A stretch of 62,267 bases of DNA, the filler included, from Sphacelaria rigidula (Eukaryota): NCBI GenBank assembly GCA_964200075.2. It is 5 parts of 5 records of this genome, joined end to end, with 100 filler letters (N's around TTAATTAATTAA, not from the genome) between each part and the next. Parts side by side here need not be neighbours in the genome. Positions count along the whole stretch, not along the records: positions 37,423 to 49,795 come from CAXNAA020003843.1; positions 49,896 to 62,267 come from CAXNAA020003844.1; 3 more parts are not named here. One strand, given 5' to 3'. How positions within the stretch are numbered: position 1 is the stretch's first letter; each line of letters opens with the position of its first letter. A program made the translations under genes and the position numbers. Below, piece by piece: positions 39,601-52,816 of this stretch. Under the pieces are notes generated by a model. It saw only the letters and a list, made by a program, of their open reading frames with translations. It had not been told where the DNA came from and made no database searches.

Positions 39601-39944
39601 TTTATTTTCGGTGAACTTTGCCAAATGTATATTTACTGCACGCTCTTTTTCGGTGTCAAACTCATGTGACGCACAACTGCAGCAAGACTTCATTATTGAA
39701 TACCACAATCCAGCCATCTCAGAATGGCTCAGCTAGGATGCCATACGAACTTGAGACTCGCCCAACAACCATGAATGTACAACTCATCATGCGTGTGAGG
39801 TCATATTTCTTGTTATTCCTGCGCTTTGTCGCCGTGTATTTACTTGTCGAGAACGCTATGTTGTTTCAGGCACTGACGGGAAAGGAGAAGACTTAATGGG
39901 GGGGGGGGGGGTACTCATTTGTTTCTAGTATCCCAGCAATATCA

Positions 39945-40358
39945 TTGGCTGCTGTCATCTGTACTAGTTCCAACTACTTCACCAACTTCACTGCATCCAA
40001 GTATTTTCTGAGTTGTTGCAATCTGTACTGTTTCCAACTTCTTTACTAACTTCACTGCATCCAAGTATTCTTCTCGTTGTGCTGCTATATCTTTTGTTCC
40101 AATTTCTTCATCAACTTCACTCCGCACTTTTCTGTTTCTAATGCTAATACCAGGTCATCAATAAATATCTTGAGTAGAATGGGTGATGACGTACATCTTG
40201 GTGCAAGTCCTTGTAAAATATCAAAATATTTTGATATGTCCCTGTCTAGCATCATCGTACTTTTGCGACATCCTGTCACCTTCACCATCGTTCACATCTT
40301 TCCTTTGATGCCAGTTCCGCATATATTTTCCCACAATCCATTTCTCAATACTACGTCA
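39945..40358 (-). mobile_element. Non-LTR (LINE) reverse transcriptase relic
   Basis: HDVVLRNGLWENICGTGIKGKM*...MLDRDISKYFDILQGLAPRCTSSPILLKIFIDDL is a degenerate form of the LINE RT D.V.R.GLW and G..QG..LSP.LF..(F/Y)I.D regions. Confidence 0.75.
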
Positions 40359-40359
40359 T

Positions 40360-40817
40360 GAGCCGTCTGCACCTGGATCACCCCACAGTTTCTTTGACCC
40401 TGCCATCGCACTCGTAGCACCCCGCTCCCCCACGTAGTGATGCCTTGAAGACTTTGCTCATAGGTGCTACCTCCTGGAAAGGCTATAGCAGTGCCAAGTT
40501 GAAGCGCCAAGTGTGTGATTACGGGAATCGCTTTCGGCGAGTACGACACGAAGATGGAGACTGGAAAAAGCTATCTCGCCGGGAACTTGAGCGCCCCAAG
40601 CTGGAAGGAGGAACCAAAGATAGACTGCAGCCATCGACGTCTACGAGTAGCTGTTGTGTGATGTGGTATATGATATCATTGCGAGAGGAATGCGGTAATG
40701 AAATAAGTGAATAAATAGCTATATATCGCTGAGATAGTACGTTTTCGTCATGAGTTACCGGTGTTCCTGTCTCTTTCTTTTGTCGCTTTGTTATTGAGTG
40801 CTACCCAACCTGTAACA
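40360..40817 (+). mobile_element. Possible LTR-retroelement 3' end or solo LTR
   Basis: Begins where the LINE relic stops; contains a purine tract, AATAAA and TATA-like motifs, and ends TGTAACA. Confidence 0.35.
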
Positions 40818-41099
40818 TACGGGTAAATGTGTGAGCCAAGGCACGTGGGCTCTATTCCCAGTAGTATAGGCGTCAGCAGTTGCAGAAAAGTATTCCTTAA
40901 ATGCTGCACTCCTGTAACTATTGATCAGTCCGTGGAAAGGTTATGGTCGGCGATTCAACGAATGATTGTATGTGGTTCAAGCCCCGCACTACCCCAGAAT
41001 CCAGTGTAACTAATCCGGGATGTCGACCCGCGATTAGGCTAACTAGCCAATCGTTCTCCAGTTCAGTCTAACTGAGATCCCGGGAAAACGACAGCAACC

Positions 41100-41750
41100 G
41101 TACTTGTCTGCTGTTTCTGTCGTTCGAAAGAGCGCAGACGGGCGATCCATTGCGTCTCACGAGGTTCACTTGGATGAGTTGGGGTTCACGAGAAAGCGAG
41201 AATACAGGTTCACCAACATAGTATAGACGGAAAGCATTGCGTGCTTGCGTGGGGTCATCCTCATAAGCATGAGCTCCCGAATCAGTGTCGAAGTGACCCA
41301 GTAACCCAGTGACAGTTTGCCTGTGACTGGACGGTTCGGGACAGGTGTGTCCGTCGTGTACGTGTGTGTGGCAAAACGAAGTCAACTATCTCGACCCAAC
41401 AAAACGTCAAAAGACATGGAACCGTCGGGCACTATTAGTGCCCATACGGACAACCGAGCAGTGGGAGTAGTATCCTGGTGAAATTATACACTTAGTCTCA
41501 CCGATTGATTGACCGTAAGAGATGTGGAGGAACGAAACCCACCAAAAACACGAGGGCGTACGGTGGACAGACAATGCTCGTCCGCCGCACCCGCGTTGAT
41601 CATCTGTTCCCAGCAGCTGGCTGTAATGAACGTTTGAGGTGAACCAGAGTCTGGTAGTGCAAGAGCTATCAAATGACAGTTTGCACGCTTTCCACGATGT
41701 AAACCTATCTTGGTCGTAAAAGAAGCATCATCCATATGAGCTGCATGCAC
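41100..41750 (-). mobile_element. Gypsy-like aspartic protease region relic
   Basis: LIALALPDSGSPQTFIT resembles the retropepsin AL(L)DSGS...FI motif; degenerate downstream reading frame 41068-41385. Confidence 0.6.
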
Positions 41751-42151
41751 CTAGCCAGAGTTGCTTAACCCCTGGACCGCGGTGCCGGTAGTCCATCTGG
41801 ACCACGTGTACTTTTTTCAAGTGAATATTGATGCCGATTCAGCAGACGACCTACCCTCGCGGTGTAACGGCCAACTGCTCCTGCGGAGTTTTGGGAAGCA
41901 AAATACTTTCGCTCTGTGTTACTGTTTCGTATCTTCCCTGCAATAGAGAAATGCGACTTCAACCTCATTTCGTGTTTCAACCCCATTTTCTAGGATCCAC
42001 TGCTAATTGCTTTGCTCGAATGGGGACACGAACTTAGCAACCGGAGGGGCACATTTGAGAGTGACACATATAACACGATCACGCATGAAAATAAGCCCCA
42101 ATGCTTTTACAGATCGAAAACGTTCTGCTCGAGCCATAGCTGTCGATTGGC

Positions 42152-42602
42152 TAAAACACGGGATCTTACAAATTGGGGATGGATCTTTTATTGGGGATGG
42201 AATACCCGGAGTATTGAACTCTTCGTATCCACACCAAATCTTCGAAATATGGTTCAATTTCTTCACCTTCTGATAGCTTTTGACAAGTGCTACACACCAT
42301 AGAAATTTGGATTTCGATCACCGAAATGTTGGGGTCCAAGGTCAAAAACCAATTTGGGGTAATACCGGGTGTCCGAACAGACGCCAAAATGGTTCCGGAA
42401 TCAGTTTTTCACCTAGAACCTCAACATTTCGGTGATCGAAATCCAAGTTTCTACGACGTGTAGCCGTTGTCAAAAGCTATCAGTAGGTGAATAAATGGAA
42501 CCATATTTCGAAGATTTGATGTGGATACAAATAGTATAATTCTCCGGGTTTCTCATCCCCAATAAATATCCACCCTCCAATTTGCAAGATCCCGTATTTT
42601 AA
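42152..42602. mobile_element. Palindromic foldback MITE family C, complete copy
   Basis: Termini TAAAACACGGGATCTTACAAATTGG / CCAATTTGCAAGATCCCGTATTTTA; arms about 200 bp. Confidence 0.8.
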
Positions 42603-45600
42603 GCACACAGTGCTCGGCATGGTGATATCTCTTCACAACTCCATGAGCAACCAGTGGTTAGTGCAAGACGCGTGCCGAGAACATCCACGCGGGGGGTCAG
42701 GAACAGCACGTTTTCGTTGGAAATGACTCTCACGTGCCACGATAGGGGTGGGGGTGCTTTTGGTCATTTCTTCCACCAAATTGCACCTCAAATCGACGTT
42801 GAAAGCACGCACGGTTATTCGAACGCGCTTGATGCCTGAAAATAATACACTCATGCTGCTTGACATCGTGTTCACTCAAGTACAAGCGCACCGCGAGTGT
42901 GTTCACTCGTCTGGCACACTAAAAAGCCCTTTTTCTCGTGGGTCGACACCCTCATGACCCTGGTTGGATTTCCGTTTGAATAAAGATTTCTGTGTGAAGG
43001 TGAGCAAGGGCTGGCGGTGGAGCTAACGAGCATGAGTAGTGGGTGTCTGCGCGTTTTCTTTTTTCAGGGCTTGGTGTGTAGGCGTAATATCTTCTGGTTT
43101 CGTATTTCTTGTGCCAGCACAGATGTGTTCAAACGTCGGTCATTGTGAGAATCGCCGCATTCTTGAACCCGCGTGCACGTTTGGCTTGGATTAAACGGGA
43201 AAACAACGTTAATTGGTGAGACACAAGCGGACATAGAGTCGGTGCATATCTGTCCGCAGCAAACTGGTTTATTATTATTAGCAAACGGATTTTACCCTTG
43301 CCGAGGAGGCACGGCCTCTGTCAAGCCCTTGAATGTTGAGAACGGGCAGGAGACGTCGTTGAACGAATACGTTAATATCCTGCGATCGTTTCATATTCGC
43401 ACGAGCCACAGGAACAACGCGTTGAGATTGTTGCCTCAGCCACAGAACAGCGGAACGCGATCCGCTTGCCTTGCAGCTGACTGCCTCGGTGAGCAGTCGA
43501 GGCGCACAGCTCCTCACCCGCTGTAGCTCCGCACCGCCACGGGACGTGGCAGCTCTAGACGAACGTGGTCATCAACTCCACCACGAGTCGATTCCTTTTC
43601 AAAATGTATCACCTCTGGACCACCATTGCACTCGTCGCATGCCCGCACTTGGGCAGGGAGGCAACTACAGATGTCAAGACAAGAGTAAAACTGCTAAAAT
43701 ATTTCTTGTCCTCATTCGAACCTTCCTTCCCTCACCAACTCCCTCTTCGACGGGCTCGTCGGCTTGGTCCCCATCTCACCCGCGTAAACAGTGCCTGAAC
43801 GAACACACAGCACTCGTTGATGCCTTGGAACTGCCGTACAACATCAACAATTGCCTACATAGTGTCGACCACGACAAAGTGGAAAGTAACAGGAACGCAA
43901 AATGCGAGATTTCAAATCACGGACCCTTGATGCCGAGCTGGAAGAAAAAACCCAAACCATCAACAAACCCGAACTTCTCACCCTTTGATACCGAGGTCGA
44001 ATTTCCTGTAGGCGGGCGTGATGCAGATCTTGGACCTCCCACCCGCCTCTCTGACCCCGCGAAAAACAACTCGAAACGCTGACTACCGGTCGGTCGTTTG
44101 AAATAGATCCGAGAAAGCCCAACGGGAAATCCATGAGCGCATATTCTTCACGGCAACTCTCCGCTCACAAATAATGCTAAATCTCACAAATATATCCGTC
44201 GACCAGATATCCAGAGAATCGCGTTCCAAACAGATCGGTTCGAAAAGGGGGGGGGACAGAAGACAGCTTCGCCCAGAGCATATTCGTAATTTCCAGTGAG
44301 TGCTGACATGGAAAATGACACTCCAACAAAATAGTTTATACTACTTTTCCGGGTTGCCATGCTGCTTCACCACCCCAGTGCCGTGGAAGGACAGCGGGCG
44401 TTCGTAGTGGCTGGCCCCCGCAGTAGGGAAAGCAAATTGCCTGAAGAAGCGGTGCGTGGGGTGCGGTACACGGTGAGGATTGATTTTGTGGGTGTCTTCT
44501 GGGGTAGAGGAGGAAGGCGTATCATTGCACATGTCACGCTGCGACGTCATCAGCGCCTCCGTCGCGAGACATCGATTTCTTCACGTCAGAGGTACACCCT
44601 CATCCTGTAGAACGAGGATGGATAAATATTCTCAAGGGTTATCATTTTTCTTCTTCATGCCAAAAATACGTGCTAGCCCGTCCCTGATTCATCAGGAGAC
44701 GGCGTAAGGAGGGGGAGGAGACGTCTGAGAAAAAAAAAGAACAAAAAAACATCAAACACACACACAGTGCCAACGTCATGCTGTTACAAAGGTGCAAGTC
44801 TGGCGGATACGTCAGCGTCATTTGTCGATTTAGAGAAAACGGAATTTGGGCGATATGCACTAGCACACTAGCCACAAGGGCCGAAGTCTTGTCAAAGGTG
44901 TTGTCGCCGTCACACTTACTTGGAGTCTTTTCCGTTAACTTTAAGGTCCCTCTCCACATCGTGGGGCAGGAAGTTGTGCGAATACGCGAATGCTCCGCGC
45001 ACCGTTTCATACTTGGCCGGCTGTTTCACCTGCAAGCGACACGAATCGCACGAGATGAAAGCATTCGACGACAAAACGGTTAACAGATGTTTGTTCCGTT
45101 GTTTCTGGGGACAGTGGTCAACCAATACGCCATACCTAACGCACCGAGGCGTGTCTCTCATCTGCTAAACCGACATCGACTTCATCGGACAAGTAGGCGG
45201 CACAAGACTGTTTTACGCCCGCGGCCGCAACAAGAATGACAATGAGGGACAAATACCCAGAAAATAAATCAACTCAAGCCGTTATCAATAGTCCCATTCC
45301 AGACGGGGGGGACGACTCGTCTCTTACCGCTTGCGTTTGTTTGTTGTAGGGAAAGCCAGCGTTGGGGTGAAGGGCAAAAATAGAGTAAAGCAAACGTGCT
45401 CAGCACGTCGATCATGCAAACCTGCACCGCTGACCCCACCCCACACGCGGCCACAAAGTCAGAAACGTTTTGAAGCACTCTCTCGTTCTTGACGCACGTC
45501 CAACAAACAATGTGAAATAAATACACGCACAGTCGTATACCGACACAGCCACCACGTCGTCCATGTGACTATCTCGCTCGAAGGTAAACAACTGTTGTCA

Positions 45601-46821
45601 CCAGTAAGCGAAACAGGGCCAATGATGATCACACAAGCGATGGTCGAAGCGTCAGGTTAGCCAGCAACCGCAGATCCAGCTTGAGACGGTGCACATATTT
45701 TTGTGGGGATGGTTCACGACAGTTTCTTCATCAAGCGAATGCTTCAGTACCACAGCCTCCCGTTGAATAGGAAACGCGCAGGCATGACGTGCGAGTAAAC
45801 CATCGTACATACACGTGTATGACAGTTATCGGTTTCTAGAGACTAAAACGACGCAAGATCATTCTGGATGAGTTATGATTCCGACAGATGAGCTACCAAT
45901 TCGTCTAGCCTCAAGTTACATTCGACGCAAGAAGTTGGAATTGGACTTCGTCCCCCCCCCCCTCCTTCCCAAAAAGGCAGCCTGGTCCGGCGAAAACCCG
46001 GCGTACTACGTCCCGGCTTTGTCGGGGCGGACCCCCTATGGGGTTGGCGCCGGTTGGCAATGACGCCGTAAAACACGCCACTCACTGCGTAAGCTAGGCA
46101 ACCAGGTTATCGACTTTTGGGGGGGGAGGGCTTGAGTTTCTTGTTTCCGGTAACCATGATGGTGGTCGTGTTCAGGAAGCTAGGTCATTTTGTGCGAGGT
46201 GGGAGAAACTCCATTCCACGCAATGGGGATGATCGTCCCACGTAGTGTTTACATGTTGAGACACCTATGAGGCAGTGTGTAACCCCGTGGGTGTATGTGG
46301 AAGTGGTGATATCAAAAATTTAAGCAACTCAATGGAGGCTGCCATCTGTAAGCATGATCAACATGCTTCGGGTCGAACAATCTTAGCAGGATGTAGCTCA
46401 CCCTTCATGAGACTCGCCGAACACATCACGAAGCTTCGCGCTTGGTGATTGAGTGCGAGCCTGGTCCGACGAAAACCGTGCGTGCTCGGTCCCGGCTTCG
46501 TTGGGATGCGAGATCAATGGTTATATGACTACATGCAAAATCATATGAGTACACCCCCCCCCTCCCCCCCCCCAACAAGAAAAATGAGAGTCTTGTGAAC
46601 AAAAAACAAACAACAGAGACATGCTTCTCATTTTCTCGCTGTATCGAACATGTACATCTTACATAATTAGATGAATGTCTCTGGTACTGGCATGCCGGAT
46701 ATGTGAAACAGCGGGTCTGTTAAAAATATCACGGGAAAATCATGACACGGAGGCTGCCTCACATGCGGATGCTGTGAGGCATATATAGCCGAATTTCGCT
46801 TCAAGGGTGGGTCCAAGGTTG

Positions 46822-48770
46822 CAAGGGTAGGTCGAGTAGAGTATGTACTTTTGAGTACTCGAGTAAAATACTCGAATATTTACGAGTATTTACTTTACTC
46901 AAAGTTGGAGCAGGTCGAGTACGGCCTCAAATACTTGACTCAAGTTCTGAGCAGATCAAGTACGACCTCAAATACTCTACTCAAATACTGAGTAAGCACT
47001 CTCAGTAATACTCGAGTATAGAATATCACTTGGGTATGACCTCAATACTCAAATTTTGAGTAGAATTTTTGAGTAGGTTGAGTACGGCCTCGAATACTCC
47101 ACCTATATTTTGAGACGATCAAGTACGACCTCAAATACTCTACTCAAATATTGAGTCAGCACTCTCAGGAATACTCGAGTATGGAGAATCACTTGAGTAT
47201 CAGTTCAATACTACACCCAATTTTTGAGTAGGTCGAGTGCGGCCTCACAAACTGTACTCAAATATTGAGTCAGCACTCTCAGGAATACTCGAGTATAGAG
47301 TATCACTTGAGTATCACTTCAATACTCCACCCAATTTTTGAGTAGGTCGAGTGCGGCCTCACATACTCTACTAAATTTTTGAGTAGATCGAGTACGACCT
47401 AGAATAATTTTCTCAAATATTGAGTAAGCACTGTCAGTAATACTTGAGAACAGAGTATCACTTGGGTATGATGAGTATCGTGACCGTCGGCGACTTCGTG
47501 GCGCCACTTCACAGACCATGTTGAACACATGGGCGGACGATGACCATCAATTAGATGGGTGGCGTTACGTTACAGGCTACAAGGAGTATGAGCGAATGAT
47601 GCCCATAGAAAAAAGAAAAAAAAAACGCGCAGGTGAATGAACAGTGCAAGAGTCGACTGCCCAATACTTCGATATGATTTTTACGCTTTCCAGTACCCCC
47701 GCCAGTCTACACGGTACAATCCGAACGCCCTTCGACAATACCCCATTATTCGTTCTACCCTAGTTTTGTACCATTCGGTTCTGATCCAAATGCTTTCTCG
47801 AATATACTATATACAAATGTTTACTGAAGTTTGATCTTGAATCAGCACTAATCATGGGTGGGCAACTCCGGGGATACTTCGGTATTTCCTCTACCCGAGT
47901 ATGAGTATCTTGCGTACGAACTTGAATACTGAAGTTGAAGTTATAGGTTTTCGGTACATCGGGTCCGGCCTCGGATACCCTACCCTGCTTTCGGGTAGAT
48001 TGGGTATGACCGCAAATACTCTACTCAAAATTTGAGTAGATTGAGCATGACCCCAAATGCCTTACTCAAATTTTGAGTAGAGCAGATCGAGTGTGTGTGT
48101 GTTGTCCCATTTATTCTGGACGCCAGTCTACACCTTTCGGTATATGTGGGCGCACCAGCCAGGGTCACACAGGAGGAATATCAACACAGGTGTTTTTTCT
48201 TCTTTGTTTGTTCTTAGTACTCCACCTTCCTTTTGCGGCGGTTGCCTTTTCTTTTTATCGCGAGAGGGGTTCAGCAGTCCCTTTCCCTCGTCGACCGTTA
48301 CGTCGAATTTTTTATTCTCACGACATGGTCGTTCTCCACTGCTGGGCATGGTGTGAGAAAAAAATCCCAGATCGCTCCAAGAATTGAACCCACGACCCAA
48401 TCGTCAGGAGATTTCGAGGTTTCCAACTGAGCCACCAGGGCGAACGACCTCAAATACTCTACTCAGATAATGAGTAAGCACCCTTAGTAATACTCGAGTA
48501 TAGAATATCACTTGGGTATGACTTCAGTACTCTACTCAAATTTTGAGTAGGTCGAGTACAACCTCACATACTTTACTCAAATTCAGAGTAGGTCGAGTAT
48601 GACCTCATATACTCTACTCAAATATTGAGTAAGCACTCTCAGTAATACTCGAGTGTAGAGTATCACTTGAGTATGATCTCAACACTCAAATTTTGAGTAG
48701 ACTGAGTACGACCTCAAATACTCCATTCAGAATTTGAGTACTAGAGCTATGACTACTCGACCTGCCCCTG
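46822..48770. mobile_element. hAT-like non-autonomous element filled with TACTC/GAGTA minisatellite
   Basis: TIRs CAAGGGTAGGTCGAGTAG / CTACTCGACCTGCCCCTG; perfect 8-bp flanking duplication CAAGGTTG (46814-46821, 48771-48778); arrays at about 46830-47480 and 48000-48760. Confidence 0.75.
48091..48443 (-). mobile_element. tRNA-derived SINE family B, full length, nested in the hAT-like element
   Basis: Head TCGCCCTGGTGGCTCAGTTGG...GGGTTCAATTC (A and B boxes), (CA)n tail; interrupts a GAGCAGATCrAGT|ACGACCTCAAATACTC repeat unit. Confidence 0.8.
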
Positions 48771-49506
48771 CAAGGTTGCAAGGGTCGGACAAATAATGAT
48801 TCGTCTGGAAATTACTTGGTTTAGTATAACTGATTAGACTCGTACAAATCAATCCCTAGGCTTTGTTTTAAACGTTGCAACCCAGGTACACGCAGCCGAG
48901 ACACGTGGAACGGCGCAAAAGTTGCGCGGATACCCCTTGAACCAGCGGTCAACATTTTTTTCCCTTATGGGCAATCAGGCCGAAGAAATCGTGGATTTAG
49001 TGATTCCTAGTCGTGATGATTCGTCCTAACCGGGCAAGGTTGCTAGAAACGGAAAACGAGCGCAACCTGACAAATGACCCCAACCCTCACCTCAGGCTTC
49101 CAGCCTCGCTTCTTGCAAAATCGCACCGCTTGCTCCGGGGTTTCAAACGTAATTTGCATGTTCGACATCGGGTCTGCCGTACTCGTCCAGCCCATCACAG
49201 GGTTTGACCAGCGTTCCTGGGCAATGGCGGGAGGAGAAAACAGCAGGAGATAACCAGAACGGTCAAGTCTCGTGTATTCTGCTAGTTTCAGATTTCCGGG
49301 GCTACATGGTGTACTGCAGTAGCTCGCGAAATCTTTGTTGTTCCGAACGTTGGATTAGGCCATGCTATGCTCATAAGTGACCTACTCTCGCCATCTAAGG
49401 TGTGGAGATTCGAATCTCGGTAATCGGTACTCACACTCAAATCAAGTAACATCAACGTGAAGAGAACGACTCCGAAGTGGGACACACTCTACTGCTCTGG
49501 ACAGAC

Positions 49507-49697
49507 CTGGTGCTTGAAAGTGAGATGCCACAAGGACAGCCCGCCGTCTCCCGATGTGGTGGCCGCTTTGCATTTCTGGCTAATGATCACTTTCCGTCCC
49601 ATCTGGGAGGGGGGCAGAGGGTCTAGCGCTAACGCCTCCAGCGGGTTTTCGGGGAAGTCTGGTTCGAGCGATTCGGTAGCTGGTGTTCGCTCCGACA
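49507..49697 (-). CDS. Isolated internal exon of an unidentified gene
   Basis: Long polypyrimidine tract, TTTTCAG acceptor, 191-nt open frame (SERTPATESLEPDFPENPLEALALDPLPPSQMGRKVIISQKCKAATTSGDGGLSLWHLTFKHQ), donor CAG|GTCTGT. Confidence 0.55.
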
Positions 49698-51781
49698 CTG
49701 AAAACGATCGCAAGGGGAGAAGACGGGGGGGGGGGGGGGGACAAACACGAGAGAAGAAGGAAGAGGGGAGGGGGGGAGGAAGAAGAAACGATGAGNNNNN
49801 NNNNNNNNNNNNNNNNNNNNNNNNNNNNNNNNNNNNNNNTTAATTAATTAANNNNNNNNNNNNNNNNNNNNNNNNNNNNNNNNNNNNNNNNNNNNTTGAT
49901 GAGGGGAGCGGGCGTGAAAGAGTGGTAGTCTTGGACTCTTTTTGGTGCGCGGTGGGGAAGGGCGGAGGGGTGTTACATCATATTCGAAAATCCCCGTCAA
50001 TGGGCACACTCGGCTGCGGCAGCATCAGCATCTTTAAAATCGCGACGGAAGTGCGTGTACACAGGCGGTTGTTTATTGAGTAGCTTTGCGATCCCGTCCG
50101 TCTTCGGCAGTCGCTGCGCTCATCCTCTTCAGCAGAACGGATGGACAACTGTTTTCAATCATCGCCGATAATCACGAATCCAACACTTTTGTTGCTCAGG
50201 CAGCACCGTCAATACCGTCCCGCACATGCGAGGTTCGGCTTCGTACTAGTAGTCAGATCGACTTGCTCGAGTGACCGTCTTATCATTATCCTAGCCACCG
50301 GTTCGGGTGATTCGCTTGTTGACTCCAATCCCTGTCATCATCAGAGTAGGAATCTATAGAAGTGAGCAACTTGAGTAAGTATGGATGTCTTTCTGCACCT
50401 GCTGTGGTGTCCTGTGCCTGATTGTTGAACTTGTTGGTAACTCTAACATGCCTTTGTGATGCGCGCACGCCACGCGGGCGTGTTAGTCGCTTTACTGCTG
50501 TACTAAGTCTCATGTTCATTCATTCACTTGCACTAATGCATGCTCGTCAATATCTTCTCCCCCCGCGTGGCGACCGTACACGTTGACCTGTTGATGTGGC
50601 AGCCGCGAGTTCGAGAACCAAAGATGGGACCCGAACAGCGATTTCACCACCCTCAAGGCCTTCGATCGCACCGAAACCCGGGTCGGCAAGGTGCGGCGGC
50701 AACGGTTTGTCGATTAGTGCACGTGGACGTTTTCTCTTTTCACCGCCGGCGAAGGCAGTGTAGTGTATTCCAGCCGTATGCGTGCGCAAGGGCTGTCATC
50801 TTGTACCTGCTAACCTGTGGAGGTGAAGCGCTGGCTTACTCGGGTTTCCGCTATTGGCGATAGCCGCGTCAAGTGCTTGTTAATCGAGGAGGCGTGTCTC
50901 TTGCGATGTACTTGGTGTCTTGTAAATGCCAGGACACTTCAATCGACGGGTGATTCACGCGTCTGGTTCCCATATCCATGTATTTGAAGCCGCCGAAGAA
51001 GGTGATGTCAGATCATTACCTGATCCGGCCGGTTCGTAGATGGTCATGTGGTGAGACAATTTTCCCGGCCCGAATATGAACTCGTGAGAGTCGTTCCCTG
51101 TTCCGAAACGGTCATGAGAGATTTAATTCTTGGTGCTCGGTGAAAGGAGAAGGTGCGAAATGTTGTTTCAGTCCACAGATGGAACAAGTAGGATCTCGCC
51201 CGTATCGTCATGTGAGCACCCTTTCCTGTATATCCAATAACTTGAAAAGTGCACAGCGTTCATCGCAATCCAGAAGGCGTAATTTTCACAGGTATCCGGT
51301 ACAGTGCATGTTGACTGGTGGCACCTGGGACGCACACATACGGTGGTACTTGTCATGGCCCTTGAAAAGTGCCGCACTAGCAAGTCCTAGGTTCCATGGC
51401 ACACCACACTGCCACGTCGTGAGTAAAAAACTGTGGCAATAAGCGACGAACGTAACGTTTGAACTGGCTTGAAAGTAAGGGGGTTGGGGTTCGGGCTGTA
51501 CGGTTTCAGTGATTTTCTGCGTGAGGTCTAGCGGGATCTGGACGGGTGCCAGTGGGGCATGTCATGGTACAAATACCTCAGGGGGCAGAGACAGGTACCG
51601 CTGGCATCTCGTCACGTGCCGATGCTACATGACGTGACAGGGGGACGTACCAGTACCAGTGCCACCATCCCACGACAATGTGGGGTATCCGCAACTATTG
51701 CATCCCAGCGCTTACGACATGTTTGGATCACCCACTATTTCCTCTTGTTTTCCTGCTTTTTTCCCTGTTTTTTTTCAACAG

Positions 51782-51895
51782 GACGACGATTCCTTATTTG
51801 GTGCAGATGCCAAAACATCTACTCGTTTCGATCGCAATTTCAGCATCACGGACTGGCTTAAGATCAACGTCGGCACCGAGCTGGCTTTGCCTCTA
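51782..51895 (+). CDS. FAD-linked sugar-lactone oxidase (ALO domain), first exon seen
   Basis: Pyrimidine tract, CAACAG|GAC ... CTA|GTGAGT; DDDSLFGADAKTSTRFDRNFSITDWLKINVGTELALPL; phase 0/0. Confidence 0.7.
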
Positions 51896-52816
51896 GTGAG
51901 TGAGAACAAGTACTCCAGTAAAATAGTTTTGTCCTGTAGCATGTAACGTAAAAATCCAGTAGTAGCGCTGTTGATCGCGTCGCTGCCATCGTATCTGGGT
52001 ACCATTACTGTCGAGTTGCTGTACCCCATCGCCGATCAAATACTGACACCGAGGCGCCTTCGGTACAGCTACTGTGTTTCCACGTTTTGACACGTGTGGG
52101 TTTGTAGCTACTGTGTGGGTATGTGGGTGTGGGGATATGCTTCTGCCACGGCCTTACATATTTGTGCGACCTCAATCGGATATCATGTGGTGACAATTCC
52201 AATCATTCCCAGAAATGCTTGTCACGCGTAGTGCCAACCAAACCCCTGACTGGGATATGCACATCGTAAGTTCGTGTAAGAAAGATGACACGGGGAAAAG
52301 GTAAGAATACCCTAAATAACTGAAAAACCGGTTAGACAATACAATACATACCTGCAGATCAACTGGCACTTCCGTCTCGGTGGTTTCAGACGGTACTGAA
52401 ACGTACGACTACTTATTTTTCTTCCTGAACGTGTCCGTGTGTGGGACATCCCTAAGGGGCATGTCAACCTTCATCTGGGGCAGTCATCTGGGGTATCCAC
52501 GGCCATCGGGCGACAGACATCCCAGATGGGTTTCCCAGCTGACGTCATCACATGGACATATCACAGATGGACATCCTAGACGGGCATGGTATCAGGTATA
52601 CACAGAGGTTGCACGATAACCCAAGGTTTCTGCGTCTGCTCGCCTGGACGGTGCGTACACCTGCGAGCCGATGTCCTGCCCATACTGGGTCCCTCAAGAT
52701 TTACAGGATGGCCCTAGCATCTGTTGGATGATCGTGTGGCGCGGTACTATCTCAGTAGACGATGTGTCGCTTCGCAGTGGAGGACGAGGTTGCAAAGGGT
52801 ACGCAGTGGTTGTGAG

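Noticed and set aside
43471-44082. 203-aa ORF as a host gene
   Set aside because: No recognisable domain or splice structure; more likely decayed retroelement sequence.
44341-44606. Candidate exon following the orphan exon at 49507
   Set aside because: All three frames after the apparent acceptor hit a stop within 8 codons.
46830-48760. CRISPR-like appearance of the TACTC/GAGTA (and GAGCTA) arrays
   Set aside because: No constant repeat with unique spacers, no cas genes, eukaryotic context; these are degenerate minisatellites inside TIR elements.
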